The translations under genes were made by a program, and so were the position numbers. This document shows positions 25,372 through 39,596 of a stretch of 64,000 nucleotides of DNA, one piece after another (positions within the stretch are counted from its first letter, which is position 1; the number at the start of each line of letters is the position of its first letter). The notes beneath the pieces are model-generated. The model searched no databases, had not been told where the DNA came from, and worked only from the letters and a program-made list of their open reading frames with translations. The stretch lies in NCBI GenBank assembly GCA_965153285.1, contig OZ229113.1, one strand, 5' to 3'. The stretch is from Podarcis tiliguerta (Eukaryota).

Positions 25372-27294
25372 ATGTTTGGATCAAAGGAGCCCTTTCCTTA
25401 TCTGAACATCTAAGAATCAGTTCTCTTCTTCCAGGATTACAAACACAAAGAATGAAACTAAAGAGGACATTTTGTCTGTGGCTGTGTACATGTACGTAGC
25501 ACCAAAAATGTAGTGCTTATGCTCGTCTTCATTGTGTTGCTTTCAATCTAGACTGAATCTAGATTCACAAGGGTGGATGTGGTTACTTGATGCATGTTTG
25601 AAAATTCTCTTCTTGATTAGGTTATCCACACCTTTCCCTCCCTATTGAAATTAATAGCAATAGCTTTCACAGCACCAGGGCTTTCTCACATGCTTTTTCA
25701 AGTAGCTGGTTCACATACAGTATGCAGTCATTAAGTGATGAGTTGAGCATGCATGTGTAGATTAGCCTTTTGATGGTTGCACACTTGAAATAAAAAAAAC
25801 CCAATATTTTCTTATCACTCCTTTTGCTAGGATCAGATGGGAGGGTGGAATCCTAAAGTGCCTTTCCCCCGCTTCCAGCTCAAAGAAGCTCCCTCAATTT
25901 GGATATTATAGAATGTGACAGAAGTATGCCTTAAATCTCTAACTGTTGGATTGAAGCTTGATAAACCTTTTAAAATCAGCCAGACAGCTAAGGACTCATT
26001 ATAGCTTCCACCATGTTATAAAGTGAGGTGCATCACACAAAAAATAGCCAACAAAATTAAAGCTAAGGAAACGATGTTTTTCTTCACTTTCCTCAAAGAA
26101 GAGGTGTTTTATAGTTGTTGGCGTAGTTAGGAAGGCTGTCCCTAAATATCAGACAGACTGGTGCTTTGCAAACCTCATGTTGTAGTTTTGCACAGAATTG
26201 TACTGTGAATACTTCAGTTTCCCCTCCACAGAACTACAACTCCCGACACCCTTAACAGATTCTTTGGCATAAGTCATGTGCTTTAAATGTAAGGTGTGTG
26301 TGCAACCTGTGTGTGTTTTAGAACCAAAGTTGCTGCCTTGTGCTCTTTTATTTTAAATTTAATTACAGATTGGCCTCACCTTTCCTAAAAAAAAACAACC
26401 CGCCTTTATAATAAGCACAAATAATTGTATGAGGGGTGTTGTTACGTGTAGAATCTCTGTGCACACTCCCCACGATTGTCCAGGGCAAGATGCATGTGGT
26501 GAGTTTGAAAAAGATCAGTGTGTTCAGAGTACTGCCTGCATGAGACCCTCATCATGTAATGACACTCCAACTCATGGTAGCAGCTTGCCATCAGCATAAA
26601 CAACGGCAAGTACAACAGGGTTGTAAAATTGGGTTCTAAGCCTACAGTCAAAGGTCAGCTTGACATCTATTGAACATGTGTCATGTAGTCCTAGACATTC
26701 AAAGATTAGGGTTCCAACAAGAAAGGTTATGGTGCAAGTTATGTTCTCATGGCCAAAGCTATTTGGTAGTTTTCTTCTGGCTGAAGAGTTGTAGGAAATG
26801 AAGCTCCTGTTATATAATATGTTGGTTTTAAAAGACCAAGGACAGAGATTATGGTAAAAGTACATTTATTAACGTATGTAGCAAACAGAGAAATGGTGAT
26901 CAAACAAAACAACCACCCAGGACTCTGTTGGAGCTGTTCAACTCCTCTTTTATTTTAAGGCATGGGATGTCATGCATGGAATACTTTTATGCCATGATTG
27001 CTTGAGTCCTAGCACCAGAGATAAAAGAGACAAGTTCTTTTAAACTTCAAAATCATAATCAATATTCTGATGAAACCTTCAGTGCAATGGAGGTGCAAAG
27101 AAACTTCTCCCTTGTCTTATCTCTTTGTGCTGGGAGGAGGAGGACTTCTGTTTAATTTGGTGGAAGGTCCTGATGAGTTTAATAAATTAGTTTAGGCAGG
27201 AAGACATTTATTTGTGTGTGTTGCAAATTCTACAGGGTTTTTAAAAAAATTGTTACAGACTAGTTAGCTCTGGTCCATGGGGTCACGAAGAAAA

Positions 27295-27450
27295 CATCAG
27301 AAGGTAGCCCTGTATAGGGAAGTTTAAAATGTTTGACGTTTTACTGTGTTTGATGTTTTAATTTGTTGGAAGCTGCCCAGAGTGGCTGGGGTAACCCAGT
27401 CAGATGGGTGGCATATAAATAAATTATTATTAATATTAATATTATTAATA
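27295..27450 (+). mobile_element. L2 LINE 3' UTR fragment
   Basis: AGCCCTGTATAGGGAAG...GGAAGCTGCCCAGAGTGGCTGGGG...CAGATGGG plus TAT tail. Confidence 0.8.
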
Positions 27451-27983
27451 TTACTCAGTTTCTAGAGTTGCCACTACCACTGAGCCCGAAATGGAGCCAG
27501 AGCTGTTCACCCCCCCACCCCCCCAACCTGGACATTTGCTTACAATTGGGAGGATGTAGGCTTCCCAAAAGAGTACATGTCCAGGATTTCCCGGATGTAT
27601 TATGGCAACCCTACCATTCTTACATATTTTGTAATGCCCATTACTAGGACAACATCTACAAGAGCAGTCCAATGGGGTTCCACTGCTTCGAATGACTTGC
27701 TCAACTGGAAGCTCTTCAGACATTTCAGAAGACAGAAAGTTCTGTAGCTCCCAACAGCAGTTATTTAACACAATGCTAACAAAAAGAAAAGTGCACTCAA
27801 AACAATTACTCTTTCCCCTGTAGGTATACTGTACTGAAATATCTTACCCACCCATCCCCCTCCAGGTCCATCCCACTGGGGAAAATGTTTTAAAGCTTCG
27901 TTCCCCCACACACACATTACTTTATTAGATGAATGGGGTGAGGTGTAAGCCTTATTGTGGGCCTAATGGGCTTTGCCAGATTT

Positions 27984-28281
27984 TAAAGGTAAAGGGACCC
28001 CTGACTGTTAGGTCCAGTCTCGAACGACGCTGGGGTTGTGGCGCTCATCTCACTTTACTGGCTGAGGGAGCTGGCATACAACTTCCAGGTCATGTGGCCA
28101 GGATGACTAAGCTGCTTCTGGCGAACCAGAGCAGCACACGGAAACGCCGTTTACCTTCCCATCGGAGCGGTACCTATTTATCTATACTTGCACTTTGATG
28201 TGCTTTTGAACTGCTAGGTTGGCAGGAGAAGGGACCGAGCAACAGGAATTCACCCCGTCGTGGGGATTCGAATCACCGACC
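27984..28281 (-). mobile_element. Sauria SINE (minus strand, 5' end missing)
   Basis: AAAGGTAAAGG tail, and body complementary to the other Sauria copies (GGAAACGCCGTTTACCTTCCC, GAACTGCTAGGTTGGCAGG). Confidence 0.88.
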
Positions 28282-28292
28282 AGTTTCGTTAG

Positions 28293-28562
28293 TGTTATGT
28301 ATTGGGTTTAACACATTTTATGTTACAAGGTGCGTTCTAACCAATCGTATAAATGTTAGTAGACGAACTTTCTAATGGCAAGTAAGTGCATGCACTTTCA
28401 ACTGTCAATGGTCAGTTCATGCTGGGCATTATTATTGTGTTGTCCAGTCAGTTCAGTTCTTGTTTTCCTGTGAGTGAGCTGTTGTCACTGACAAATGTTG
28501 AATAAACGTAGTTGAGGAACTTATACTGCCTTGGGCTTCTGACTTTTTCCGAATATTTAACA
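28293..28562 (+). mobile_element. Solo LTR
   Basis: TGTTA...TAACA termini. Near-TSD GTTAG/ATTAG. TATAAA ~28348 and AATAAA at 28501. Confidence 0.72.
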
Positions 28563-29809
28563 ATTAGAATGTGTCTCAAGAGGCCATGCTGTTTCATATC
28601 TCTTTAGAAGTCAGTCTTTTCCTTCAAAATATATTCAAGCAAAGGTTTGACTAGGGTTGCTTTCCTTGATCACTGTAATACCTCTGGGGAGTTCAAGTTA
28701 TTGGTACCTTTGTAGTCTGATAATAGGGGGATACTCTCTGTCCTTGGCAATCCTCATTTGTTGTGCTATAATGCCATGTGTACAGTGTTTGCCGGCTGAT
28801 GCCATAGATATAGCTATAGATATATTCAAAGTGCTTGTTCCTTCTATACTCTGCTTTCATTGTCCTCTTCCTTTGAATAAATAATTGTACCATGTAACGA
28901 GACAAACAGAATCCAAGTCACTCAGAAAGCTCAACTGTCATAAGCTCCTGGGCCCTTTCCGCCCTAGACACGACAAACTCTATCAAATTCAGCATGAGTT
29001 TTCTGAAGTCTGCAGTGCATTGCATTGACATTGGGAACAGTTGACAAAACTCAGAAAATCAATTTCAAAAATGTCAACTTTCTGATGGACTGGAGGACCA
29101 TGCAGGAAAGTGTTTCCCAGTCATCTTTCTTTTTTATGACTTTGATTGATTGATCTTATTTCCTCCCCATATCAACTATTTTGTTGCTGAAAACCAGACA
29201 AATGTAGCTCATTTAAAATAAAGTTCATAAAGGTTACATAGATAGATCACTGAACATAGAGCACCCAGAAAGCAACCTGAAATGAGAAAAGTGTTCAGTC
29301 TCTTTGATCTGTGTGTAGCAATTGTTATTCGGAAGAAGGCAGTATGTTGCTCCATTAGCGCTGGCGCCAGGAATTTGGGGGTCCTCAGGCACAGCACCCT
29401 CAGTGGAAGGCCCACCATTGGAAAATATGAAACATGCAAACCAGGAGCACCGGCTCTTTTGGCCCCTCCCTATATTTGGGGGGTAGATGCTGGGGGGCCC
29501 CCAATGTCCCCAAAGTGCATAGGCAAAGCACGAAGCTGGGCATTATGGGCTCCAACAGCCAGTTCCTCCTCCTCCTGTCACAGAGGGGGCCAAAACAGCT
29601 GCCTGCCTATGACGGCACCAAGAGGAAGCTGAGGAAGAACCCCTGGCCAATGAGTCGCACGGCCACCGCACGCCCCCAGCTCCTCCAGATGTCCTGACGT
29701 CATGAGCGCAATGTTGAGACATCACATCATGCTCCCCCATCACCCTTGCCTGCTGGCACCTCTGATGCAAACTGAGAATTATCTTAGCCTGCAGCTAATC
29801 TTCTTGAAT

Positions 29810-30479
29810 CAAAAAACCGAAGATCATGGCCACTGGGCCCATCACCTCCTGTCAAATAGAAGGGGAAGAAATGGAGGCAGTGAGAGATTTTACTTTCTTG
29901 GGCTCCATGATCACTGCAGATGGTGACAGCAGTCACGAAAGTAAAAGATGCCTGCTTCTTGGGAGAAAAGCATTGATAAAGCTAGACAGCATCTTAAAAA
30001 GCCGAGACATCACCTTGCCAACAAAGGTCCTTATCGTTAAAGCTATGGTTTTCCCAGGAGTGATGTATGGAAGTGAGAGCTGGACCATAAAGAAGGCTGA
30101 TCGCCAAAGAATTGATGCTTTTGAATTATGGTGCTGGAGGATACTCTTGAGAGTCCCATGGACTGCAAGAAGATCAAACCTATCCATTCTGAAGGAAATC
30201 AGCCCTGAGTGATCACTGGAAGGACAGATCCTGAAGCTGAGGCTCCAATACTTTGGCCGCCTCATGAGAAGACTCCTTGGAAAAGACCCTGATGTTGGGA
30301 AAGATTGAGGGCACAAGGAGAAGGGGAAGACAGAGGAAGAGATGGTTGGACAGTGTTCTCGAAGCTACCAGCATGAGTTTGACTAAACTGCGGGAGGCAG
30401 TGGAAGACAGAAGTGCCTGGCGTGTTCTGGTCCATGGGGTCATGAAGAGTCGGACACAACTAAACAACTAAACAACAAC
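29810..30479 (+). mobile_element. BovB (RTE-clade) LINE, 5'-truncated, degenerate 3' end
   Basis: Translation includes FTFLGSMITADGDSS, ITLPTKV.IVKAMVFP.VMYGSESWTIKKA.RQRIDAFELWCWR and EKTLMLGKIEG.RRRGRQR.RWLD, typical of the BovB ORF C-terminus. (CAA)-type tail. 13-bp TSD AATCTTCTTGAAT at 29797-29809 and 30480-30492. In-frame stop at 30210-30212 followed by a frameshift. Confidence 0.95.
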
Positions 30480-33400
30480 AATCTTCTTGAATACACTGTG
30501 CAATGGTAGCCCTGGTAGGGCAATGGGTTATTTACTAATCTCAGGGCCCAGCCTTTCCAAACATCTGGCTCTGGCTCTAGTCTCCATTATAAGCTCTGCC
30601 TCTATAAATTCAGGGGCAATTTTTTCCTATCACGCAAAGATTCACACAAAGATACATTGCCTAGTACAGCTTCCATTTACACAAATCTCACTGAGGTCAG
30701 CTTTGAGAATATCGGTGGTGGTGGGGTAATCTTTCAAGGCTGTAGACTATGTAACTTTGTGGCTTTACATAGCTAAGAACATCAAAACAAATGAGACCAT
30801 CCTTTAGCTATCATCACCAATATAAATGGCAAGGTACCAAAACTTTAGAAATTGTAACAGATTGCATAACGAGCTCCTGTCTGCGTTCTGGAGCATCTTT
30901 CTACTGTATCATTTATAGCAACATACATAATAATCAGCTTCATTTCTGAATATTTTTCATTTTAAAAAAACATTTGCAAAGGAAACAACTATGATTATTG
31001 TGCTATTTAGCAGCATTTATGACAAAAAAAATACTGCTGGTTTTAAGACATTGTTAACGTAGCATGCAATGGTATCAAATTAGATACAGCCATGTTCTTT
31101 TCTTTCTGTCTTTCTTCCATTCTTTTATTTTTTTAAAAAAAACGTGGAAGTGAGGAGGAATCCTGCCTTTATGGAGTAGTAATGAACTGAGCCAAAAGGC
31201 TTAGCTATGATTATGTCAACAGTTTAGAACTAATCTGGATTGAAACTCAATAGAGGATTTCATTCACTTAGAAAATATGCAGGTTAAAAAACAGCTTGGA
31301 AAGGGCATTAGTTCACGTCCAAATCTAGGGAGTATTTGCATACAAGTGAGACAATTAGGGAAAAGGGCCCTCATTGTTTAAAGATAGCAAAATAAGCTTC
31401 TAGACTCCCCCAAATAGATCAAGTGGGTTGTGAAATCCATCTTCTTGAGTTTTTTCAGACCTTGGAGAAGTTATTTCTGCCCGATTAGGCTTTTTACGTG
31501 GGGGAAAACCCAGAGAGTAATATACTATAATGCTGCAAAAGAGTAGAAACCATGTTGCTACATCCCCTGCCCCCTCAAGACAGTCTCATGAGCCAGGCAT
31601 TTGAATCATAAGGACTTCTGGGATGGGATTTTCACTCAGAAATCTCCATTCTTACGTGGATTAAGGGGATTAAAAACCATTAAATGACCATCCTCTAACT
31701 CCCTAAAGCAGATTTGCCTCTCTCTCTCACTCCCTCCCTCTCTCTCTCTTTCTATCTTCCTTCAACCAGGGCAGACTTTGGGGGTAACAAAGTACCACAC
31801 ACAAAAGGCCCCCTTAGCATGACAAAAGACAGTCCAACCCACTGAACTGCCAACCGATTGAGACAATGAAGTCCAGGCAGTCTACTGGGCTCATTTTCCT
31901 CAGAACAAATGGCATCAAACTTTGCAACGGCATTGTTTCTCAAACTTGAGCACGGGACCGGGTTTTTTAAAAATATTATTATTATTATTTTATTTTCCTA
32001 TCCAAAGCTCAAGGTGTCATATTAATTATTTAAATCTTCAGAAGATTTCAGCTGTATCCTCCAAGGCTCCGCTCAGTGCCAGAAGGTCTCCAATCTGCAT
32101 TAGCTTTTGTTAATTAGAGCTGAAACAAGGGCTTTGATCTCAATGAATATAATAACAAAAAGAAAGGGGAAGAGACAGAGAGAGAGAGCAAAACTTCCTG
32201 TGTGATTTATCTTTTTCTCTTTTTTTTACCTATTTTCTGCCTTTGCTGTCTTTTTTTTGTTTTTTGCACACTCTATTAGACTTTGATTTACCTTGTCTGA
32301 GTAACATTAAACAACTTGGCTACAAAAGAACTTAAGCAGCTTCAAAAGCCTGACGGAATCAGTAGTTAAATGGTACATGAATCGATCCTGCATCTTTAAA
32401 AGAAAATGACACTGTTATTTTTATTTTTATTTCATTATAATTTTTAGTTGCAGTGTGAGACTGGGGGTGTGGGTGGGGGGGTTGATTTGTACCAGCAAGG
32501 GTGTATGTCTACTGATCTCAAATATCACAGGTTTCCCTGTTGGGATTGATCTTGCCTCATTAAGAGTCTTGTTTCTAGAACTATAGTACTGATAGAACAG
32601 AAGGCCACACTGAGATTCGGCAAGATGGTCTCCGTGTATTCCGACTTTGCTCGAGTTTGCAGCAGTGCTTAGATCCAAGAGGGTCACCGCCGGGGCTTGC
32701 CTTGTTAAAAATTTTCCTCATTATCATTTCTCCCCTCACGGAAAACTCTGAAAGGCAAATTTCTGCAGCCCCAAATGAAAAACGTTGTCAAATTTTAGTG
32801 TCACACGAGGTCTAGCTGCGCAACCACGTCAACAGAGCCCTAACATCTCATCTCGTCCCAGTCATGCTTAAATGTAGCCAACCTACAACACCATCAACAA
32901 TATCTCGGGGAGTGAGGGGGGCAACCCCTGTGAGTGAAATCTACATTTGAGGTATACAAAATACATCAGGGCAATTTTTATTTTATGGCGGCGCATAAAG
33001 TGTTAAGACACACAGACCTCATTAATAGCAACACCCAAACCTGATAATGTATCCTAGATTGTTCCACATGGAGTACAGTGCAACCCCAAGAGACTGGTCA
33101 CTCTTGGTTTATCATTTTAGAGTGAATCAATTAAAGAATGTTGTGTGGATTCTGGACGTAAAAAAATATCAGAGCTGAGGAGAAGAGTCTTAAAATAATG
33201 GCCAGGAATGCTAATAACCCACTGGATGGCATTGCCTGAGAGAAGGGAGTCTTGAATATAAAAGAATAAGAGCAGAGGCATGATTTAAATGGAAATGTTG
33301 CTCAGTAAAGAAAGTGTATTGCCTTGTAAGTCATGATGGGACTTCCTTGTACCTCCCGACCTCCTTTGCCAATGTCAACTTTACCACTATGCGATAGACA

Positions 33401-33802
33401 CTAACTTTATAAAAGAAGATAAGAGTATCTTCTATGTGCTGCATCCGTTGTCGAAGACAATATGCTGGTGTGATCCAGCAAAGTTCTTCTTATGTTCTTT
33501 TGACAGCCAGTGTGATGTAGTGCATTGATTGTCAACTGTCAGGTCAGGACCCAACCCTAAAGTGAGCCACACACTGATGGTACCACCACCATTTTTGCTG
33601 TGTAATTCCTCACAATTAGCCAAGAGTTCTCTGCTTTCTCTGTGGTGCATGGAGCAACCTTATTTTCATTCCTATGAAAAGACAGGACATCTCTAGAAAG
33701 GTGCTCCCTCCATATTTAGTGTAAATGTACAAGAATTTGTGAAAGTACATAAGGACTTGTCAAACTGAATTGTAACTGCCCGTGTGAACATTATCTATAC
33801 CC

Positions 33803-33938
33803 AGGGCTTTTTCCCCCAGCTGGAAGTCACCAGAACTCAGTCCTAGCACCTCTCAGGCGGGCGCCATTGCCATTATAAGAGAACAAGGGAGGCATTCATA
33901 GTGAGTTTCTGCACCTCTTTTTCTAGAAATTAGCACTG
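33803..33938. mobile_element. Short non-autonomous DNA element (hAT-like)
   Basis: CAGGGCT...AGCACTG termini and a GC-richer interior resembling common lizard MITEs. Confidence 0.5.
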
Positions 33939-34202
33939 CTTATAGTTTGTACTGTCATATATGGCAGGGGTGGGAAACCTGTGACCCTCGAAATGTCATT
34001 GGACTCCATCCTCCCTGCTTATTAGCTATGCTGGCAGGGGCTGATGGGAGCTGAAGTTCAGCAGACTCCCCAAGGTCTGGTAATTTAAATGGTCTTTCTT
34101 CTTTCTCACCCCTACACTTTTCACCACATATTCCCACAAAATGCTTGCCCTTCCGTGTGCTCCCTCTATGTGTTGTTTTATTTGGAAATTATGTACACAA
34201 TA

Positions 34203-34564
34203 TGGGACGCGGGTGGCGCTGTGGGTAAAAGCCTCAGCGCCTAGGGCTTGCCGATCAAAAGGTCGGCGGTTCGAATCCCCGCGGCGGGGTGCGCTCCCGC
34301 CGTTCGGTCCCAGCGCCTGCCAACCTAGCAGTTCGAAAGCACCCTTAAGTGCAAGTAGATAAATAGATACCACTGTATAGTGGGAAGGTAAACGGCGTTT
34401 CCGTGTGTAGCTCTGGCTCGCCAGAGCAGCAATGTCACGCTGGCCACGTGACCCGGAAGTGTCTCCGGACAGCGCTGGCCCCCGGCCTCTTGAGTGAGAT
34501 GGGCGCACAACCCTAGAGTCTGTCAAGACTGGCCCGTACGGGCAGGGGTACCTTTACCTTTACC
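34203..34564 (+). mobile_element. Sauria SINE, full length
   Basis: GGGACGCGGGTGGCGCTGTGG head, B box GGTTCGAATCCC, (ACCTTT)n tail. 13-bp TSD TATGTACACAATA at 34190-34202 and 34565-34577. CpGs retained, so probably young. Confidence 0.93.
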
Positions 34565-37500
34565 TATGTACACAATAAGAAGTTTCTGACTGCAGACTGT
34601 GCCTGATACATCTGACAAAAGAGATTAACCGTCATGGTGGCCAGAAGCTATTGGAAAGCCGCTAAAGTTAATAACAAACTAAATATGAAGCAGAAGCCAG
34701 AGGTATTTCAAAGCACAAGGGCAATATGTTGTAGGTTTCTGGCTTCTTATGCAATATCAGACAGTGAGGTGACGGGGAACCCTCTCCATTCAATTTCTGG
34801 ATTTGTTGTGTGGAACTAACAGGGATGAGTGCTGTATGCATCAGAGAACTATCTGGTTCAGATAAATGAAGCCCACTGTACCCAATAAGAAAGGCAATTT
34901 TTGAAAGCCATTGTGACGAAGTAGATCGAGATTGGATGTGAACTTGGGGATGTGAGAGAGATGCAGCAAGATGTCATTAAAGCTCTGTGGTTGCATTCTC
35001 TAGATCAAAGGTAGATAAAAGGGTGCCCTCCATATGTTTTAGGCTACAGCTCTCATCAGCATTGACCAGCATGGCCAGTGTAAGGGATATTTTTTACTCC
35101 AAATAGCTAGAGGGCAGCATGTTAGCTACTTCTGCTCTAGAAAGATAGATACTAGTTTTATTATTTATTATTTTTAATTGAATGGTGTCATCAATATACA
35201 TTATTCATTTGAGAATTAAAGGTAGATAATATTTGATCTTTACCTATATGCTTCATTTCCCTAATTCCCTCATAGAGTTAATGGCTACAGTTTATTGAAC
35301 TGGGTATTTGCTGAATTACTGTGTACATCTTTATGGCAGCTTGCTCTCAGTGAGAACTGCAGGCCAAATCTCTGCTGTGATGCTGCAGCACCACCACCGC
35401 AAATGGCCAGAGGGTGGTACTGCAGCTTCTAGCTCAGAAGGGTCACATGACACCATTTGGCAATAGGGGTCTATTGGGCTCTAAAGTCACTGACGTAGTC
35501 TGGCACCCTAAGCCTGAGCCTCAGATGTAGACAGAGCTGATCATAGGTGGATTCTCTACTTGTCTGTCAGTTAAACCACATGTTCTACAGCTTCCAGGCC
35601 ACCAGTACACCTACCACTTCTTTGAATCTGGCCTGCACAGGAGAGGTTCCTAGTGTATCAAATCATATGGGATAGGGATGTCATTTATGAATTACGGTTT
35701 GAACTGACCTGATCTCTCAGACTCACATGCAGTTCTTACAGATTTTGAACTTCTCCAAATTTGGGGGTACAGTTCTTGGCCCCAAAACCAAGTTTTTAAA
35801 TTTGTGGGGTTTTGTATAAAATATATTTAAACTGAGTACTTTGACAGAAAATATGTCAAATAAATGCATAAAATGCATTCAAGAACATGGTTTTAAATTT
35901 TACTGTTTGTGCTTTTTAAAAACAGAAAAGAATTAGATTAATATGGAAGGATGCAATAGAGTAGGAATGAACATATGTAAGAGAGTGAGGCAGACTGGAA
36001 ATAAATGGATCAATTCATCCTTAGTCCCAGACCCTTCTCCTTCTCTGCATCTGGTCACGCAATTTGAGTAGCATCCTTGGCCATTCTGTGCAGTTTTTGT
36101 TACCTAAATGGCTTCTACATTGTTTACAAGTATAAAGACAATTATAAATAAAAACACATAATTGAATTATACAATCAAACACAATCAAATCATTACATTA
36201 AAATCAATCAAATCAAAACATTAAAATAAATCCCCACAATTAAAATGTGTGGTTAAGACAAGCCCATTAAAACAGCACAACAATTAAAACAGCAAGCAAA
36301 ACAATTAAAACAGCAAGCAAAACAAGAGGTTCAGGCCAGGAGATCAGGGCAATGTTATGTCTTCAAGTGAATGCCAATACTGATGGGGCTTCTCATATGC
36401 CAATAGGGAGAGCATTCCACAACACTGGTGCCATCAATGAAAAAATCCCACCTCCACGTTGATTATTATTTATTAGTAGTAGTAGTAGTAGTAGTAAGCT
36501 GCCTTTCCATAGTTAAACTATGCTCAAGACATCTAACACACTCTTTTTGAGTGTTCTATTCTGCTGACTTTTAAGTTTGCTAGCCAACACACCAAAATAA
36601 AGGCAGGTGCTTCCAAGTTAAATAGATCTGTTTCCTCCTTTCCTCATCACAGTCCTTCTGGGGAAATCCTTGTACCAAGCGGGTTCACTAGGCCTACTTA
36701 CAGCTGTTTGTGCTTGTAAGTGTGGGAAGATCCACTCTCCTCTGACATGAAAGGGCCATGTCAATCTCCATCAATTTACAAGACAGAATTACAGAGAGCA
36801 AAAAGGCAGAGATGTCAGAAACTCAAGCTGATAAGAAACTATGCTGAAGGCAAAAGAGCTTCTTAAGAGAAGCAAATACAGTAGACTCACTCCCCTCAAT
36901 CATCCTTCTTTCTTCCCTGGCTTCTACGCAGCAAATCATGTTGTACCTGTTAGCTAGTTACAGTAACTAGTGCAGAATAAGCACTTTCTTCTTCTTCTTT
37001 TTTCCAAGCGAGATTGTGTAATAAAATGTATTTCCTTCCATTTTGAAAGGAACGATGAAGTGGGGTAGAAAGAACCAATTATTCCTTTTGTCGAGGTTTT
37101 TATCCCAGAATTCAGTTAACCTGGCTTGAAAGTGTTGCTAGCCCAGTGGAATTAAACTGGAGCATTGCCAAGCGCTGAGGAGAAAGTTAAGGTAATAGGA
37201 GACTCAATGAACTCCCTTCTAGAGCCACTGTTTGAACTATCCTCAGCAGTGGTAGCTGGTTCCCATAGGGGCTGGTAGAGCAACTCAGTTGAGTTCTAAA
37301 ATGTCGACTCTGAGACTAAGGAGAAATAAGGTAACAGCTATTGCCACCTTCTGGACTGGAGGCAAATATGAAGGTAGGCAAACAGAGGCTGGCTGGGGGC
37401 AGGCTGAGGTTGGTGGGGCAGTGCCCAGTTCACCCTAATGGACCACTTTCCACTGGTCTTGAGTCATGGGAGAAAAGCACCCAAACATACACACATACAC

Positions 37501-38249
37501 ATATACACACATACCCACAGGCTTTTCTGTTGCACAGACTGCCATTATGTCAGGATTCATGTGTTCCTGCTATAAACTGTAAGGGGTTTGGAAAGGGCCT
37601 TTAAAGGGAAATGATTTGCCATTAAAGAATATGTTCCAAAAGACAACATGCAAGGCAACTGCTTTAATAGGATGAGTTCCATTATTAAGCACGATTTATT
37701 GCCATTCAGCGACGGAGTGCTGCACAAGAACAGAGTCCTTCAAAAGAATGTCATGAAATTATGTTGCCTTGCTGCAAGAGTTGCTTTGATTTTAGTTTCT
37801 TTCAGAATCTGCAAGCTGCTCTGGACACCCTCCTTGAATAAAAGGAGGATAGACATGATCATATATAAAGGTGGGGGGGGGGATCAATGGCATTCAGAAA
37901 CTCTGAACCTGCTCTTTAAAAACGAATGCAAACCCAGTGGGATTTAGTTTTATTTATTCGGATGCCCGGTATGCTTTATGTGCTCAAGACCACATAAAAC
38001 AAATCCAATAGTCTCAGAGATCCAAATGTTCTATATGACCTTTCAAGGAGTGAAAGGTGGCATACATGGTGTTCCACCTTCCCATTTTATCCTCACAGCT
38101 ATGATGTGAGCAGTAGCAGAGTTTCATGCTCTGTCACCGGGAGGGAGGGGAGAGCAGATGGGGGCATGGTGCACCGCCTGCGGGGGCGTGGCGCCTATTA
38201 GAATTCCTGCTCCATTATTGCAGACATGGGATTTTTGTCTATCACATAA

Positions 38250-38640
38250 AGGTATATGTTTTGACTCCACAGAGTGGGAAGTGACGGAGACAGGATGTTT
38301 GTGTTACTGTGTTCCGTGAAGTGGGACTATTGTCCTTTGTTCATTTTTCTCTTTGCTGTCTGATGCTAGGGGGAGAGGGAGCCATGTTGCAGTGCTCCGT
38401 GTGTGCTTATATGTAACTAAAGTAGATTAGCCAAAATGCTGAGCTGCTGAGGTCTGCTACGCAAACTGCGAACACTCTGTGGATCCCTAAGTGTGCCAGT
38501 GTCTGTTGGCATTGGTTGCTGTGATGTTCGGGCAGAAGAAAGCTTTTGAAGCTTCTGAATGAAAAACCAAGAGGGAAAGAACATGCCAGTCGGGCATGTG
38601 TCTCTGCCAGGGTCCTACTCGAGTGTAGGAAGAGCTCCGG
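38250..38640. mobile_element. Probable LTR-like fragment inside a GC-rich element spanning ~38110-38722
   Basis: Compositional shift and retained CpGs. Termini and TSD not resolved. Confidence 0.35.
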
Positions 38641-39596
38641 GGGGGGCAGTCGTGATGGCAGCCCACCAGGATTGTTGTGCCAGGGGCGATGCGCTCTCTC
38701 CATCCCCCTCTTCCTCTGCCAGTGGATGTGAGTTAGATTAGGTTGAGAGACTAGAACCTGCCCAGTGAGCTTCATGGCATAGTCGGGTAGTGTGTGAAAG
38801 ATGTTGAGGGTGGCTGGAAGACCCCTATTCCTCAGACACAGCTACACTTCTCAAACTTCCCTGGGAATAGGGATTGAGTGATTAGCTACTCTGGGAACTG
38901 TAGCTCTCTGAAGGGAGCAGGGGATCTCCTAACAACACTCAGCACCCATAACAAATGACAGTTCCTGGGATTCTTTGGGAGAAGTCATGACAGCTGAACT
39001 GGTTTAATAGTGCTTTAAGTGTGTGGTGTGGCTGTTATAAATTGTACAGTGAGCCTATTCATGTAGACATTCAGCTTCCAGGAATGGCAGCTGGGGTTTA
39101 AGAGAGGGGACAGCGATCTCATCCCCATTCTCTCCTCATGCGAGTGACGGAGGATGTGTTTCTCAGACGCAAGTCACAGTCCCAAAGCTTCCCATACAAA
39201 CACTTCCCCAATCTCCACCTCTGTCTCTCAAGTCAAATCTAGTCTTGGGTGTTTGTGTTTGTGTGTGTGTTTTTGTGGTATCGAAATCTGTAGCCCAGGC
39301 TGGCCTGGACCCTCATAAAGTGTCTCCTTTCCACATTGCTTGGACCTTGATTACAAGCAATGCAAGATGGTCATTTCCACCCTATATTGTCAATCCTCAG
39401 CATCTGAAACACAGCTACACACTGCAGGCTTTCAGTTGATCTGAAATGGTAATTTACCATGAAAAAGTTCAGAAAAAATAGCTTTACGGAACTGCTAAGA
39501 ATTCTGCAGCCCTTTCAGGAAGCAACCATTCATAATTTAGGGAAATATGCCCTTACCAGATGTATACTATGTACAGAAAGATGCCTTCACCTATAC

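Noticed and set aside
28570-29120. Possible ancient transposase-like remnant (minus-strand WILFVSLHGTIIYSK)
   Set aside because: Only a vague motif resemblance amid many stops. It cannot be supported without a profile search.
34026-34526. 166-aa ORF
   Set aside because: Antisense reading of a Sauria SINE.
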